Shown: piece after piece, positions 37,423 to 48,360 of the stretch | Layout: every line of letters begins with the position of its first letter | How positions within the stretch are numbered: the first letter of the stretch is position 1 | Source: a virus | Virus record (IMG/VR): IMGVR_UViG_3300027917_000021 | Span: 1-64,000 of that record | Direction: 5' to 3' (one strand) | DNA: 64,000 bases | Program-made: the position numbers and the translations under genes | Notes under the pieces: model-generated | Told to the model about the DNA's origin: nothing | What the model saw: only the letters and a program-made list of their open reading frames with translations | Databases searched by the model: none

Positions 37423-38421
37423 ATGAATGAACAGGTAAGAAAACAAAAGAAAGCACTGATAACAGGAATTAATGGCATGGATGGATCTCACATGGCAGAC
37501 CTATTGTTATCTAAAGGCTATAAAGTTTATGGTTTGGAGCGCCATAGAACAGGCGTTGATAGAGCTAATATAGCTCATATATTTGACCAAATAGAAATAG
37601 TAAAAGGAGATTTGTCTGATATAGGATCCATACACCGTGTGATGCATGTAGCTCAACCAGATGAAGTATATAATTTTGCAGCACAATCATTTGTTGGTGA
37701 TAGCTGGTCATTACCAGAGCATACAGGAAATATTACCGGACTTGGGGTATTGCGTGTATTGGAGGCTATGCGTAGTTATCCGGATACTAAAATGGTACAA
37801 GCATCTACTTCTGAAATGTTTGGTAAATTGAATGTAGATATAGCGAATGAGTCCTCTAGATTTTTTCCACAGAATCCTTATGGAGTAGCTAAATTATTTG
37901 CACACCATATAGTTGAAAATTATCGTGATTCATATGGTATGTTTGCCTGTGCATCTATTTCATTTAACCATGAATCAGAACGCAGAGGAATGCAGTTTGT
38001 TACTCGTAAAATTACACATCATGTGGCAAAGATACATCTTGGATGGTCCAAAGAAATAAGGCTTGGTAATTTGGAGCCTAGACGAGACTGGGGCTATGCA
38101 CCTGACTATGTTGAAGGCATATGGAAGATGCTGCAGCAAGATAAGCCTGATGATTATGTATTGGCAACTGGAATATCACATTCGGTAGAAGATTTTGTTC
38201 GCGAGGCTTTTGCAGTTGTAGGAATAAAAGATTGGCAGAAGTATATAGTGAAAGATCCACGCTTTATTCGTCCTGTGGAGGTAGATTATTTACGTGGTGA
38301 TTATTCTAAAGCAAAGGAGATTTTAGAATGGGAACCAAAAGTACATTTCAAAGAAATAATTAGAAGAATGGTTTTAAATGATATTAGACTATTAACCGGT
38401 GATAGAAATTATGAGTTATAA
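37423..38421 (+). CDS. gmd: GDP-mannose 4,6-dehydratase
   Basis: ITGINGMDGS, PDEVYNFAAQSFV, QASTSEMFG, PYGVAK, FNHES, FVTRKI, RDWGYAPDYV. Confidence 0.95.
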   Translation: MNEQVRKQKKALITGINGMDGSHMADLLLSKGYKVYGLERHRTGVDRANIAHIFDQIEIVKGDLSDIGSIHRVMHVAQPDEVYNFAAQSFVGDSWSLPEHTGNITGLGVLRVLEAMRSYPDTKMVQASTSEMFGKLNVDIANESSRFFPQNPYGVAKLFAHHIVENYRDSYGMFACASISFNHESERRGMQFVTRKITHHVAKIHLGWSKEIRLGNLEPRRDWGYAPDYVEGIWKMLQQDKPDDYVLATGISHSVEDFVREAFAVVGIKDWQKYIVKDPRFIRPVEVDYLRGDYSKAKEILEWEPKVHFKEIIRRMVLNDIRLLTGDRNYEL

Positions 38422-39667
38422 TGAACATTACAAAGAAAGATTGACTTGCAGATTATGTGGGTTAGAATTAGAAACAGTTTTAGATTTAGGTGACATATAT
38501 CTAAATAATTTCGTTGATGATGGACAGCAAATATTGTCTGCACCTCTTACACTTGTCAAATGTAGGAAGTGTGAATTAGTACAATTAAAACATACAGCAA
38601 ACTTAGATTTATTATATAGACAATATTGGTATAAATCAGCACTTAATAAATCTATGATTGCAGCATTGCAAGATGTGGTTGATAATGTAGAAGCACGTGT
38701 AACATTAGAAGCAGGCGATGTTGTAATAGATATAGGATGTAACGATGGTACAATGCTGGGTCAATATAAAGAACCAGGATTATATAAAATAGGATTTGAT
38801 CCTGCACTTAACTTGGCAGATGAAGCTAAAAAATATTGTACGGTGTTTCATAATACATATTTTGGAGACACATCAATTGAAACTCCAAAAGCTAAAGCTA
38901 TAACTTCCATAGCCATGTTTTATGATTTGGAAGACCCACACACATTTGTAGAATTGGTTAAAAGGTCACTACATGAAGATGGTATATGGGTTGTGCAATT
39001 TACAGATTTACTTTCCATGTTTAGAATAAATGCATTTGATAATATATGCCATGAACATCTAGAATATTATTCATTTAAAGTACTTCGTAATTTATTTGAA
39101 CAACATGATTTAGAAGTATTTGATGTAGAAACTAATGATGTAAATGGAGGTAGTATAAGAATGTATATATGCTGGAAAGACAAACGTCGCATTGATGTAT
39201 CGGTAGAAAAATTATCTAAAGAAGAACAAGAATATATGGATAGCTTTGATGATCCATTTAAAGCATTTGCCGAAAGAGTAGAAAAGATAAGAGAGAAACT
39301 AATGAAGTTTCTACACGAAGAGAAAGAAAAAGGTCGCACATTTTTTGGAATGGGTGCATCTACAAAAGGCAATACACTGCTGCAATATTTTGGAATTTCA
39401 ACTGGATTGATAAGTTACATTGCAGAAGTTAATAAAGACAAATTTGGTAAAAAAACAGTGGCCACTAATATTCCGATAATTAGTGAAACTTCAGCATTAT
39501 CATTAAAACCTGATTACTTTATAGTGTTACCATGGCATTTCATTGATATACTAATTAAAATTCATGAACAATATTTACGAAATGGTGGTAAATTGATGGT
39601 GCCAATGCCACAACCAACTATATATGAATATAATGAGAATAGAATAATTGAACGTCCTATTTTTTAA
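38411..39667 (+). CDS. NDP-hexose C-methyltransferase-family protein
   Basis: Zn motif CRLCG...CxxCxLVQL, DIGCNDG, CHEHLEYYS, GASTKGNTLL, PWHF. Confidence 0.9.
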   Translation: MSYNEHYKERLTCRLCGLELETVLDLGDIYLNNFVDDGQQILSAPLTLVKCRKCELVQLKHTANLDLLYRQYWYKSALNKSMIAALQDVVDNVEARVTLEAGDVVIDIGCNDGTMLGQYKEPGLYKIGFDPALNLADEAKKYCTVFHNTYFGDTSIETPKAKAITSIAMFYDLEDPHTFVELVKRSLHEDGIWVVQFTDLLSMFRINAFDNICHEHLEYYSFKVLRNLFEQHDLEVFDVETNDVNGGSIRMYICWKDKRRIDVSVEKLSKEEQEYMDSFDDPFKAFAERVEKIREKLMKFLHEEKEKGRTFFGMGASTKGNTLLQYFGISTGLISYIAEVNKDKFGKKTVATNIPIISETSALSLKPDYFIVLPWHFIDILIKIHEQYLRNGGKLMVPMPQPTIYEYNENRIIERPIF

Positions 39668-40547
39668 TACACAAAAGGCAAATTGTAGCATTTATGAAAG
39701 TGGACGTATGGTATATGATGCCCTGAAATACGGGCATCAGTCGTACCATATAGATTATATGGAACATCCAGATCCGGTATATGAATATTTTGATAAATAT
39801 GATGTTATAATTGTTAATTATCATCATCAAACTACACCATATATAAATCCTCGTGTTTTTGGTGATATCAAAGTTCCTGTATATACTATAGTGACGGAAT
39901 GTTTACCAAATGATCCCTTACCATTAACTCCTAAGTGGTTTGATGGTTATTTGATATTGGATCCAACAGTAAAAGACCATGATAATATTTATGGAATGCC
40001 AAGACCATTGGAACCGTATGTGCCAAAAAAACGGTCTAGTAGAGAAATACCTGTAATTGGATCATTTGGATTTGCTACTGCTGGCAAAAGATTTGATTTG
40101 GTAGTTGAAGAAGTAAATAAAAATTTCGAACAGGCAAAAATAAGATTTAACTTTCCAACTGCTACATATGTACCAGGAAATGCAGAAATAAGTTTAGCCA
40201 ATAGTTTAAAAAATAAAGCTAAATCAGGGATTGATTTAGAAATTACACATGAGTACTTTTCTAAGCGTGAATTAATTGAATGGTGTGATGATAATGATCT
40301 TAATGTATTCTTTTATTATCGTAACATGACAGGATTAGCAGCTGTTACAGACCAAGCGATAAGTGCGCGGAGACCTATATTAGTAACAGATGATTATACA
40401 TTTCGACATATACATGCGTATATGAAACCTTATCCTGAGATATCAATTAAAGAAGCATTACATATGATAGAGCCAGTTAAACAAATGTACAACGATTGGC
40501 ATCCTATGAATTTTGCAGAAAAATTTGAATCCATTATTAAAAAATGA
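39648..40547 (+). CDS. Putative GT-B glycosyltransferase, paralog of the next gene
   Basis: NYH, IGSFGFA..K, NxFFY, AISARRP shared with 40544..41497. Confidence 0.65.
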   Translation: MNVLFFNTQKANCSIYESGRMVYDALKYGHQSYHIDYMEHPDPVYEYFDKYDVIIVNYHHQTTPYINPRVFGDIKVPVYTIVTECLPNDPLPLTPKWFDGYLILDPTVKDHDNIYGMPRPLEPYVPKKRSSREIPVIGSFGFATAGKRFDLVVEEVNKNFEQAKIRFNFPTATYVPGNAEISLANSLKNKAKSGIDLEITHEYFSKRELIEWCDDNDLNVFFYYRNMTGLAAVTDQAISARRPILVTDDYTFRHIHAYMKPYPEISIKEALHMIEPVKQMYNDWHPMNFAEKFESIIKK

Positions 40548-41497
40548 ATAAAGTATTATTTGTAAACAGTAAAATTACAGCATGTGGTGTACATCAATAT
40601 GGTTATAATATTGCAAATACTATTTCAAAGCATTCCAAAAAGTTTGAATATATTTATGTGGAATGTGTTAATGAGCAGGAATTTGTACGTAAATTTAACG
40701 CTGATCAATACTTGGCTGTTATTTATAATTATCATCCTTCTACTATTGGATGGGCGAAGCAAAGACTAGAAACTCATGTATTTCCGCATGTTCCCCATAT
40801 AGCAATAGTGCATGAACCAGAACAACATGGTGCACCTTTTACTTATAAGGTGAGCCAGGATCCTAGTTTTGAGGAAAAACCTCCATACTTCAAACAGTAT
40901 AGCAGGAACATATTTACATATGAGAATACACACCCATCACCTGAAATACCAACTATTGGATCATTTGGTTTTGCGTGGACCGATAAAGGATATGAAAAAT
41001 TAGTTGAACAGGTTAAAAAAGAATTTGATGTAGCCAAAATAAGACTTCATCTTCCTAAATCTCATTTTGGAGATCCACACGGTGCTCTTGCTAATCAGAT
41101 GGTACAGAGATGTAGTATGTTATTACATGATACAAACATTGAATTAGAAATATCCAGAGAATGGATGGAGCTGTATGATTTAATAGATTGGTTGGCACAA
41201 AATACTATAAATGCTTTCTTTTATGATTATAAACAGGGCAGAGGCATTTCAGGACCACCTGACTTTGCTATGGCCGCACGTAGGCCAATGATACTAACTA
41301 AATCATACATGTTTAAACATTTGTGGAAAGCACGACCTTCTATATTCATAGAAGATGTATCTATAAAACAAGTAATTGAAACAGGAATGCAATCATTACA
41401 GCCGTTTTATGACAAATGGTCAGAAGAAAATTTGACCAAAGATTATGACAGAATAGTTAAGGCAGCCATAATAGATAGAGAAAGAAATGATAGATAA
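40544..41497 (+). CDS. Putative GT-B glycosyltransferase
   Basis: CGVHQYG, IGSFGFA..KG, AMAARRP. Confidence 0.65.
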   Translation: MNKVLFVNSKITACGVHQYGYNIANTISKHSKKFEYIYVECVNEQEFVRKFNADQYLAVIYNYHPSTIGWAKQRLETHVFPHVPHIAIVHEPEQHGAPFTYKVSQDPSFEEKPPYFKQYSRNIFTYENTHPSPEIPTIGSFGFAWTDKGYEKLVEQVKKEFDVAKIRLHLPKSHFGDPHGALANQMVQRCSMLLHDTNIELEISREWMELYDLIDWLAQNTINAFFYDYKQGRGISGPPDFAMAARRPMILTKSYMFKHLWKARPSIFIEDVSIKQVIETGMQSLQPFYDKWSEENLTKDYDRIVKAAIIDRERNDR

Positions 41498-42833
41498 ATA
41501 TTTAGATAAAAAATATAATCAGTATAAAAATAGATCATTAACTTTCGTTAATCCATCAATAGGATTTTGTCCCGGTCTTATGCCGTTAGGAATAGCATCA
41601 CTGTCTTCTTATCTGAAACAGCATGGATTTCATAATATTGATTTTTTAGACGCGAACTGTGAACATATTGAAAATAATTATGAGTATTCTGACATAGTTG
41701 GCATAACAGCAGTTACACAAAATATGGGAGCTGCTATCAGGTACGCACAATGGTTAAAGAGGAAACAACCCAATGTTGTAATTATTTTAGGTGGAGTCCA
41801 TATTACTACATCTAAACAACTGCCAGAGCCTTTTGATATTGGTGTGATAGGGGAAGGAGAAATAACATTATTAGAGCTTATGGTGACTCCTGAATTTATA
41901 CCAGAGCATTTAAAAAATGTATCAGGTATTTGTTATAGAGAGAATAGTGAACTGAAGTTTACCCCTCCTAGACCATTGGTTCCTCAATTGGACGAGTTTC
42001 CAATACCAGACCGTGAAATCATGAATGTAAATTACTATGTTTCTCCAAAGATGCTCATACCATATAATCACGGCAGGACATTATCGTTGCTTACTTCGCG
42101 TGGATGCCCCTTTTCATGTAGCTTTTGTAGTACAAAAGTGCATTGGAATAGATTTAGAGCACATTCTGCAGAACGTGTGGTAGAGGAAATGGAATTGGTA
42201 GTTAATAAATATAATGTAGAGATTCTCCATTTGTTTGATGATTTGTTTACTGCAAACAAGAAAAGATTATTTAAGATAAGAGATCTCATGGTTGAAAAAG
42301 GATTAAATAAACGTGTACGAATGATGTGTTTAGTTCGAAGTGATACTACAGATGATGAGATAATGCAAGCACTTAAAGAAATGAATATAGTAGTTATTGG
42401 AGCAGGCTTTGAAAGCATGTCAAAGAAAATGTTAAAATATATTAAAAAAGACACAACAACTGTAGAACAACACAAACGTCTAGCGGATCTGGCAATAAAA
42501 TATCAAATACCATTAATGGCCAGTTTCTTGATTGGGAATCCAGGAGAAACTATGGAAGATCTACAGGAAACGCTCGAGTTTATAAGATCATATCGACATA
42601 CTAGGATGTTTCAACCACTGTCATATGTTGCTGCAGTGTTTCCTGGAACTGAGTATTATGATATAGCCAAACAGCGTAATTTGCCAGTTGATGATTATGA
42701 ACGCATACTGATGGATATTGTACCAGATATTAATGCATTTAAAAATGCTCCATTGCTAACTGATTTGCCGTTAGAAGATTTTTACAAGATAGCACAAGAA
42801 TTCCAATATGAAACTGTGCTCAAAATAACATAA
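41487..42833 (+). CDS. B12-binding radical SAM protein
   Basis: PLGIASL, GGVH, GEGE, SRGCPFSCSFC. Confidence 0.92.
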   Translation: MIDKYLDKKYNQYKNRSLTFVNPSIGFCPGLMPLGIASLSSYLKQHGFHNIDFLDANCEHIENNYEYSDIVGITAVTQNMGAAIRYAQWLKRKQPNVVIILGGVHITTSKQLPEPFDIGVIGEGEITLLELMVTPEFIPEHLKNVSGICYRENSELKFTPPRPLVPQLDEFPIPDREIMNVNYYVSPKMLIPYNHGRTLSLLTSRGCPFSCSFCSTKVHWNRFRAHSAERVVEEMELVVNKYNVEILHLFDDLFTANKKRLFKIRDLMVEKGLNKRVRMMCLVRSDTTDDEIMQALKEMNIVVIGAGFESMSKKMLKYIKKDTTTVEQHKRLADLAIKYQIPLMASFLIGNPGETMEDLQETLEFIRSYRHTRMFQPLSYVAAVFPGTEYYDIAKQRNLPVDDYERILMDIVPDINAFKNAPLLTDLPLEDFYKIAQEFQYETVLKIT

Positions 42834-42843
42834 GTTAAAGAAT

Positions 42844-43680
42844 ATGAATGTAAGTGTTGTACTCTGTAGTAGAAATGACAATTATGGTGGTAGTAGAACA
42901 ATAGAAATGGGGACGGCGTGTTTGCAAACCATGTCCAGGACATTTGAGGAAATTATAGTTGTTGATTTTGGTTCAAAAGCCCAATTATATCCTGTATTTA
43001 AAAATACCATACCGGAAAATTTAGGAAATCTTCGATTCATACATGTACCACAACAATGGGTGTTGGACATCACCAAAGACCCTAAAGTGATGGCAGATGT
43101 TATCGGACGAAATATAGGAATTAGGAGAACTTCTCATGATATCATATTATCTTCAAATATAGACATTATTCCAGCTGAGAGAAGTAAATTTAATTTTAGC
43201 AGTTTTGATAAAGAAGTAATGTATACTTCAGGAAAATATATGGTTGACATTTTATTACTTGCGAAACTTAGGGCACAGGGAAATACATGGGAAGCCATAC
43301 AAAATCATCTGTTTGATACCAGAGGAAATTATTATAGGCAAGGCCCCGTAAATGCAGAGCCATGGTCTATAATGAGTGCTTGTGGTGATTTTCAGCTGGG
43401 ACATCGTGATTTATGGTTTCATCCTGAAGTTAGAGGATTTGAAGAATCTTTAATATACAAAGATTATACGGACACTAATTTGAATAAAAAAATAATAGAG
43501 AATGCTAAAAAAAAGGTAAGAATAGCACCAGATTGGCATATATTTCATCAATCCCATGAAAATAATAGAGGAAAAGTCAAAAGAAATGATATAAATACGG
43601 CGGCCTGGAATTTTAAAAAAACAACTAATACAGAAAATTGGGGATATCCTGATATAAAATTTGAGGAAAATTTAATATGA
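42844..43680 (+). CDS. GT-A fold glycosyltransferase-like protein
   Basis: RNDNYGG, VDFGS, RNIGIRR, NIDII, CGDFQL. Confidence 0.75.
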   Translation: MNVSVVLCSRNDNYGGSRTIEMGTACLQTMSRTFEEIIVVDFGSKAQLYPVFKNTIPENLGNLRFIHVPQQWVLDITKDPKVMADVIGRNIGIRRTSHDIILSSNIDIIPAERSKFNFSSFDKEVMYTSGKYMVDILLLAKLRAQGNTWEAIQNHLFDTRGNYYRQGPVNAEPWSIMSACGDFQLGHRDLWFHPEVRGFEESLIYKDYTDTNLNKKIIENAKKKVRIAPDWHIFHQSHENNRGKVKRNDINTAAWNFKKTTNTENWGYPDIKFEENLI

Positions 43681-44678
43681 AAAAGATTGTGGTAGCGGGT
43701 GCGGGTGGTTTCATAGGTGGGCATCTAGTAAATTACTTGAGAAAATTATATCCAAACAGTTTAATTCGTGCAGTGGATATTAAACCATTGAATCAATGGT
43801 ATCAAATTTCTGATCACAGTTTGACAGAAAATTTGGTATTAGATTTAAAAGAATTGGATAATTGTTATAAAGCAGTTAATGGATTTAATGAAGTATATAA
43901 TTTAGCAGCTGATATGGGAGGTATGGGATTTATAGAAAATAACAAAGCTTTATGTATGATAAGTGTACTAATAAATACTCATTTATTAATAGCATCGAGA
44001 GATGTAGGAATTTCTAGATATTTTTACTCATCCTCTGCGTGTGTATATAATGCAGCCAAGCAATTAGATGTAAACAATCCTGGTTTAAAAGAAGAAGATG
44101 CTTATCCAGCAATGCCTGAAGATGGATATGGTTGGGAAAAATTATTTAGTGAAAGAATGTGTAGACACTTCAGTGAAGATTATGGAATGACTGTAAGAGT
44201 TGCTCGTTTTCATAATGTATATGGACCGTATGGAACATATGATGGAGGACGAGAGAAAGCACCCGCAGCTATATGTAGAAAAGTAATTCTCGCAAAAAGA
44301 AATAATGAAGAAACTATATCTATTTGGGGAGATGGTCAACAGACGCGTAGTTTTATGTATATTGATGATTGTCTACAAGGTATTACAAGAATAATGCATA
44401 GCGATATAGAAGAACCTATAAATTTAGGCAGTAGAGAAATGGTGTCTATCAATCAATTGGTGGACATAGTACAGGATATTGCAGAAATAACTTTAACGAA
44501 GAAATATGAGCTGTCTGCCCCAAAAGGAGTAAGAGGTAGAAATAGTGATAATACCTTGTTACGCAAATATTTTGGGTGGGAACCTTCCATTAGTCTAAAA
44601 GAGGGCTTAAAATGGACTTATATTTGGATAGAAAACATGTTAGCAAAAGCTGATAGTAAAAATAAATTTAATTTATGA
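43677..44678 (+). CDS. NAD-dependent epimerase, GDP-mannose 3,5-epimerase-like
   Basis: GAGGFIG, LAADMGGMGFI, SSACVY, YGWEKL, GGREKAPAAICRK. Confidence 0.92.
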   Translation: MKKIVVAGAGGFIGGHLVNYLRKLYPNSLIRAVDIKPLNQWYQISDHSLTENLVLDLKELDNCYKAVNGFNEVYNLAADMGGMGFIENNKALCMISVLINTHLLIASRDVGISRYFYSSSACVYNAAKQLDVNNPGLKEEDAYPAMPEDGYGWEKLFSERMCRHFSEDYGMTVRVARFHNVYGPYGTYDGGREKAPAAICRKVILAKRNNEETISIWGDGQQTRSFMYIDDCLQGITRIMHSDIEEPINLGSREMVSINQLVDIVQDIAEITLTKKYELSAPKGVRGRNSDNTLLRKYFGWEPSISLKEGLKWTYIWIENMLAKADSKNKFNL

Positions 44679-45979
44679 AATCTGTATTATTTATAGAAAA
44701 AAAATTGAGAATAGATAAAATAGGATTTTTGTATTTATCAGCCATCATGAAAAATGCTGGACATAAAGTCGATATGATACAAGATGACGTAGAAAATGCA
44801 GAGAAATATTTAGAAAACAATTCTGTTGATTTTATAATGTATTCTGTGATGACTGGGGAACATTTGTGGTTTATTCAGAAAAATCAAGAATTAAAAAAGA
44901 AGCATAATTTCATATCAGTAATGGGAGGCCCACATTTTACATTTTTTCCTGAACAAGGAATAAGTGATCCAAATATAGATTATGTGGTGAGAGGACCTGG
45001 AGAAAATATTATATTAGATATTATAGATGGTAAAATTAATAATAAATTTATTGTAGGTTCTATGCCTGACGTAGAATCCTTACCACATCCTGATAGGGAA
45101 CCATTGTATAAATATGAAGAGTTTGGCAATTCTAGCATGAAAAGGTTTATTGCATGTCGTTATTGCTTATATAGTTGTAAATATTGTTTTAATCATGCAT
45201 ATAAAAAATTATATAAAAATGATAAAAGCAAAATGTCACAACGTGTGTCCCCACATAAAATGGTGGATGAGATATTACAAGTTAAATTAAAATATGGATT
45301 AGAAACAGTATATTTTAATGATGATGATTTGGCGGGAGACCATGATTGGTTAGAAGTATTTTGTGACTTATATAAAAAGAAAATAAATTTACCATTCTGT
45401 GGATCTATGAGAGCTAATAGTGCTACTAGAGAAATAATAGCTATGTTAGCAGACGCAGGCGCTACATTTATGAATCTTGCTTTAGAGTCAGCTAATCCAA
45501 AAACACAGAAAATATTAGGACGTGGATTTATTACCAATGAGCAAGTCAAACAAGCTTGCGAAGATTGTGCAAATTTTGGAATAAAAGTTCGATTACAAAA
45601 TATGATTGGATTACCTGTAGAAAATCCATTGCAGGATGCATTAGATACTTTAGAGTTTAATATGGAAATAAATCCAACAGATTCTTGGGCTTCAATTTTT
45701 CAACCATTCCCTGGAACCGAATTATGGCAATATTGTGTAGATAAGGAACTGATTAGTATAGATACACAGAGTGTAAATTTTTATGAAGGAACACAATTAA
45801 AGATAAATGATTCAGAAAAAATCAATAGATTGCATAAATGGTGGTTTTTTATAGTTAAATATCAAATACCAGTACAGTTAGTAAACATACTATTAGATTT
45901 GCCTTTAACGGACGATCAAAAAATGGAAATGCAAAATTTCAGATGGGATATAGCAAAGGAATTATTATATGGAATGTAA
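44675..45979 (+). CDS. B12-binding radical SAM protein
   Basis: GGPHFTFFP, CLYSCKYCFN, NMIGLP. Confidence 0.88.
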   Translation: MKSVLFIEKKLRIDKIGFLYLSAIMKNAGHKVDMIQDDVENAEKYLENNSVDFIMYSVMTGEHLWFIQKNQELKKKHNFISVMGGPHFTFFPEQGISDPNIDYVVRGPGENIILDIIDGKINNKFIVGSMPDVESLPHPDREPLYKYEEFGNSSMKRFIACRYCLYSCKYCFNHAYKKLYKNDKSKMSQRVSPHKMVDEILQVKLKYGLETVYFNDDDLAGDHDWLEVFCDLYKKKINLPFCGSMRANSATREIIAMLADAGATFMNLALESANPKTQKILGRGFITNEQVKQACEDCANFGIKVRLQNMIGLPVENPLQDALDTLEFNMEINPTDSWASIFQPFPGTELWQYCVDKELISIDTQSVNFYEGTQLKINDSEKINRLHKWWFFIVKYQIPVQLVNILLDLPLTDDQKMEMQNFRWDIAKELLYGM

Positions 45980-46889
45980 GTACATAGTAACAACTACTAT
46001 TAATTCTCCTACTGAGGCAACTATGAAGTTTCTTCAAAAGAAAAATTGGAAAATGACCATTGTGGGTGATAAAAAAACTCCACATATGGCTTATCGTGAA
46101 TTAGAAAAAATTTATCCACAATTGCATTATATGGATCCGGATGAACAAGATGCATTATATCCAGAGTTAAGTAAAGCTATAGGATGGAATAAAATAATGA
46201 GGCGTAATTTAGGTTTTGTGTATTCTTATCAGCAAGGCGCCGATGTAATAGCAAGCATAGATGATGATAATATTCCATATGAAGAATGGGGAAATGATGT
46301 ATATATTGGCGAGGAAATAGTACTCGATTGTTGGAGTGCAGATAATGGTGTTTTTGATCCTTTAAGTGTGACTAATGCCAATTATATGTGGCACCGAGGA
46401 TATCCATCTGAACTAATACCAACCAGAAATAATATTAAGTATGTGGGAAGAATAAAAAGGAAAGTATTAGTACAGGCTGATTTATGGGATGGCGTTCCGG
46501 ATGTTGATGCTATGAATAGGATTATTCATAATCCTCGTATAAAATTACATGTTGATGGTCCATTTTGTAGTGATAACATTGCGCCGTTTAACAGTCAAAA
46601 TACATTTTTACATAGGGACGTAATACCATATTATATGGTGTTACCTTATGCTGGTAGAATGGATGATATTTGGGCTTCTTATATATTGCAAAAAGAATTT
46701 CCAAATTCTGTTATATTTAATAAACCAACCGTGTATCAAGAGAGGCATGAACCACATTATAGAAATATGAAGGATTTAAAGGATGAGACAATGGGATATG
46801 AATATACATTGAAATTTATCCACGACCAATATCAATTGCCGAAGGAATCTGCAAAAGCGTATCAAATATATAGAGATTCTTTTAAATAA
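45969..46889 (+). CDS. STELLO/DUF288 (RGP-like) glycosyltransferase-like protein
   Basis: VTTTIN, GDKKTP, RNLGF, DDDN, WHRGYP, DVDA, FNSQNT, RMDDIW. Confidence 0.85.
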   Translation: MECKYIVTTTINSPTEATMKFLQKKNWKMTIVGDKKTPHMAYRELEKIYPQLHYMDPDEQDALYPELSKAIGWNKIMRRNLGFVYSYQQGADVIASIDDDNIPYEEWGNDVYIGEEIVLDCWSADNGVFDPLSVTNANYMWHRGYPSELIPTRNNIKYVGRIKRKVLVQADLWDGVPDVDAMNRIIHNPRIKLHVDGPFCSDNIAPFNSQNTFLHRDVIPYYMVLPYAGRMDDIWASYILQKEFPNSVIFNKPTVYQERHEPHYRNMKDLKDETMGYEYTLKFIHDQYQLPKESAKAYQIYRDSFK

Positions 46890-46904
46890 ATTTTATAATA
46901 AACT

Positions 46905-47141
46905 ATGGAAGATGATATAACAAAAAAATCAACAGCCACATTAATAGATGAATTAATAACTACATCTATGAAATGCTGGTTTGCACAAGAAGCTGTCATG
47001 AATGGCGGAGATGATGCCAAAGTGGCAGAAGCTGCCAAAATGGCACAAATTACTAATGCTAGAAGAAATAAACTGATTCGAGCTATAGATGATAGACTTG
47101 GAGAATCAGACAATACCCAATTGAGTAAAACTTATGCTTAA
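46905..47141 (+). CDS. Small helical protein (DUF4254-like)
   Basis: LIDEL...KCWxAQE...NxRRNxLIxAID. Confidence 0.65.
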   Translation: MEDDITKKSTATLIDELITTSMKCWFAQEAVMNGGDDAKVAEAAKMAQITNARRNKLIRAIDDRLGESDNTQLSKTYA

Positions 47142-47922
47142 ATATGCTTTTTCACATCCAGGAAAAATAGGAGACTTTCTTTATATACTTCCTACTGCAC
47201 GATATATTTGTGAACGCGATGGAGCAATAGCAGATATTTATACTAGTGAAATGTGTGCTTCAACAAAAAAATTAGTAGAATTTCAAAGTTATGTAAATGA
47301 ATTTATAATACCAAAAGACTATAAGATTCAGCATTTTAATATGGGAGTACAGCCATGGAAAATGCCAATAGATGAAAGTAAATATGATAAAGTGTTTCAA
47401 TTAGGGTTTCAGGGGCCTCCACATGGTCCTTTACATGCATGGATAGCTAAAACTGCGGGCTTGGATATAATTCCTCCTGTAACATATGATTATCCAGATT
47501 TAGTTAATCCTGATAAACCTTATATTGTTTTAGCACATTGTGGATATCATACTTTGCCAAATTTAAAAAAGGCTTACGAATATTTTTTACTTAATAGTCC
47601 AATTACTTGTGCTGTAGTAGGCATTGAGGGTGATCGAATTCATGCCCAGGGTGGATATTATGATTTAATTGGGTTGGATTTTCTATATTTGGCAGGATTA
47701 ATAAGTGATGCCGTAGCGTATGTTGGATTTTATTCTGGACAGTTAGCAATAGCTAATGGATTTCCAGGATTATTGAAAGTTTTAACAAGTTCTCGTAGTG
47801 GTGGAGAAACAGAAGGATTAAATATTCCAATAACTATAAATTTGCCTTCTACTACACAAGGACCACAGTTGTTGGATACCGTTATGAGAAATGTAGATAG
47901 AAAATACGGAGGAAGTAAATAA
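47134..47922 (+). CDS. GT9-like glycosyltransferase
   Basis: GKIGDFLYILP, VGFYSG. Confidence 0.6.
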   Translation: MLKYAFSHPGKIGDFLYILPTARYICERDGAIADIYTSEMCASTKKLVEFQSYVNEFIIPKDYKIQHFNMGVQPWKMPIDESKYDKVFQLGFQGPPHGPLHAWIAKTAGLDIIPPVTYDYPDLVNPDKPYIVLAHCGYHTLPNLKKAYEYFLLNSPITCAVVGIEGDRIHAQGGYYDLIGLDFLYLAGLISDAVAYVGFYSGQLAIANGFPGLLKVLTSSRSGGETEGLNIPITINLPSTTQGPQLLDTVMRNVDRKYGGSK

Positions 47923-48360
47923 ATGCCTACAACAACTAAAAAACCCGTTGCAGAAAGACGCACAAATAATAAAAAAAGAAAACATAGAACATGGATTTGG
48001 TGGATTTTGGTTATATCCCCGATTTTGGTTAGTATGTGGCTTTTTATCTTGCCTGAGTTAGGCGTAGACGCGATTTCTCTTAAAACTGTTTCTGTAGAAG
48101 AAGCTACAAAAGTGCCTTCTTCTGAGAAAAAAGCAATTCGTAGATCACCGGCCGCAGGTGCAGATAGGGAAGCCTATGCTAGACCTAATACTACACAACC
48201 TACAAAACCAGAAAATGGTGATAATGACTCCGACGGAATAAGTGAAGATACCAAAGATGATATAGATTGGGCACTTGGCCATTTATATAAATTGTTGCCT
48301 TTAATTATTTCTTTGGTTGCTATATTCAAAAAAGGTTCTATTATGGGACGAGCTTCTTAA
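47923..48360 (+). CDS. Membrane protein
   Basis: Two TM segments. Confidence 0.7.
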   Translation: MPTTTKKPVAERRTNNKKRKHRTWIWWILVISPILVSMWLFILPELGVDAISLKTVSVEEATKVPSSEKKAIRRSPAAGADREAYARPNTTQPTKPENGDNDSDGISEDTKDDIDWALGHLYKLLPLIISLVAIFKKGSIMGRAS

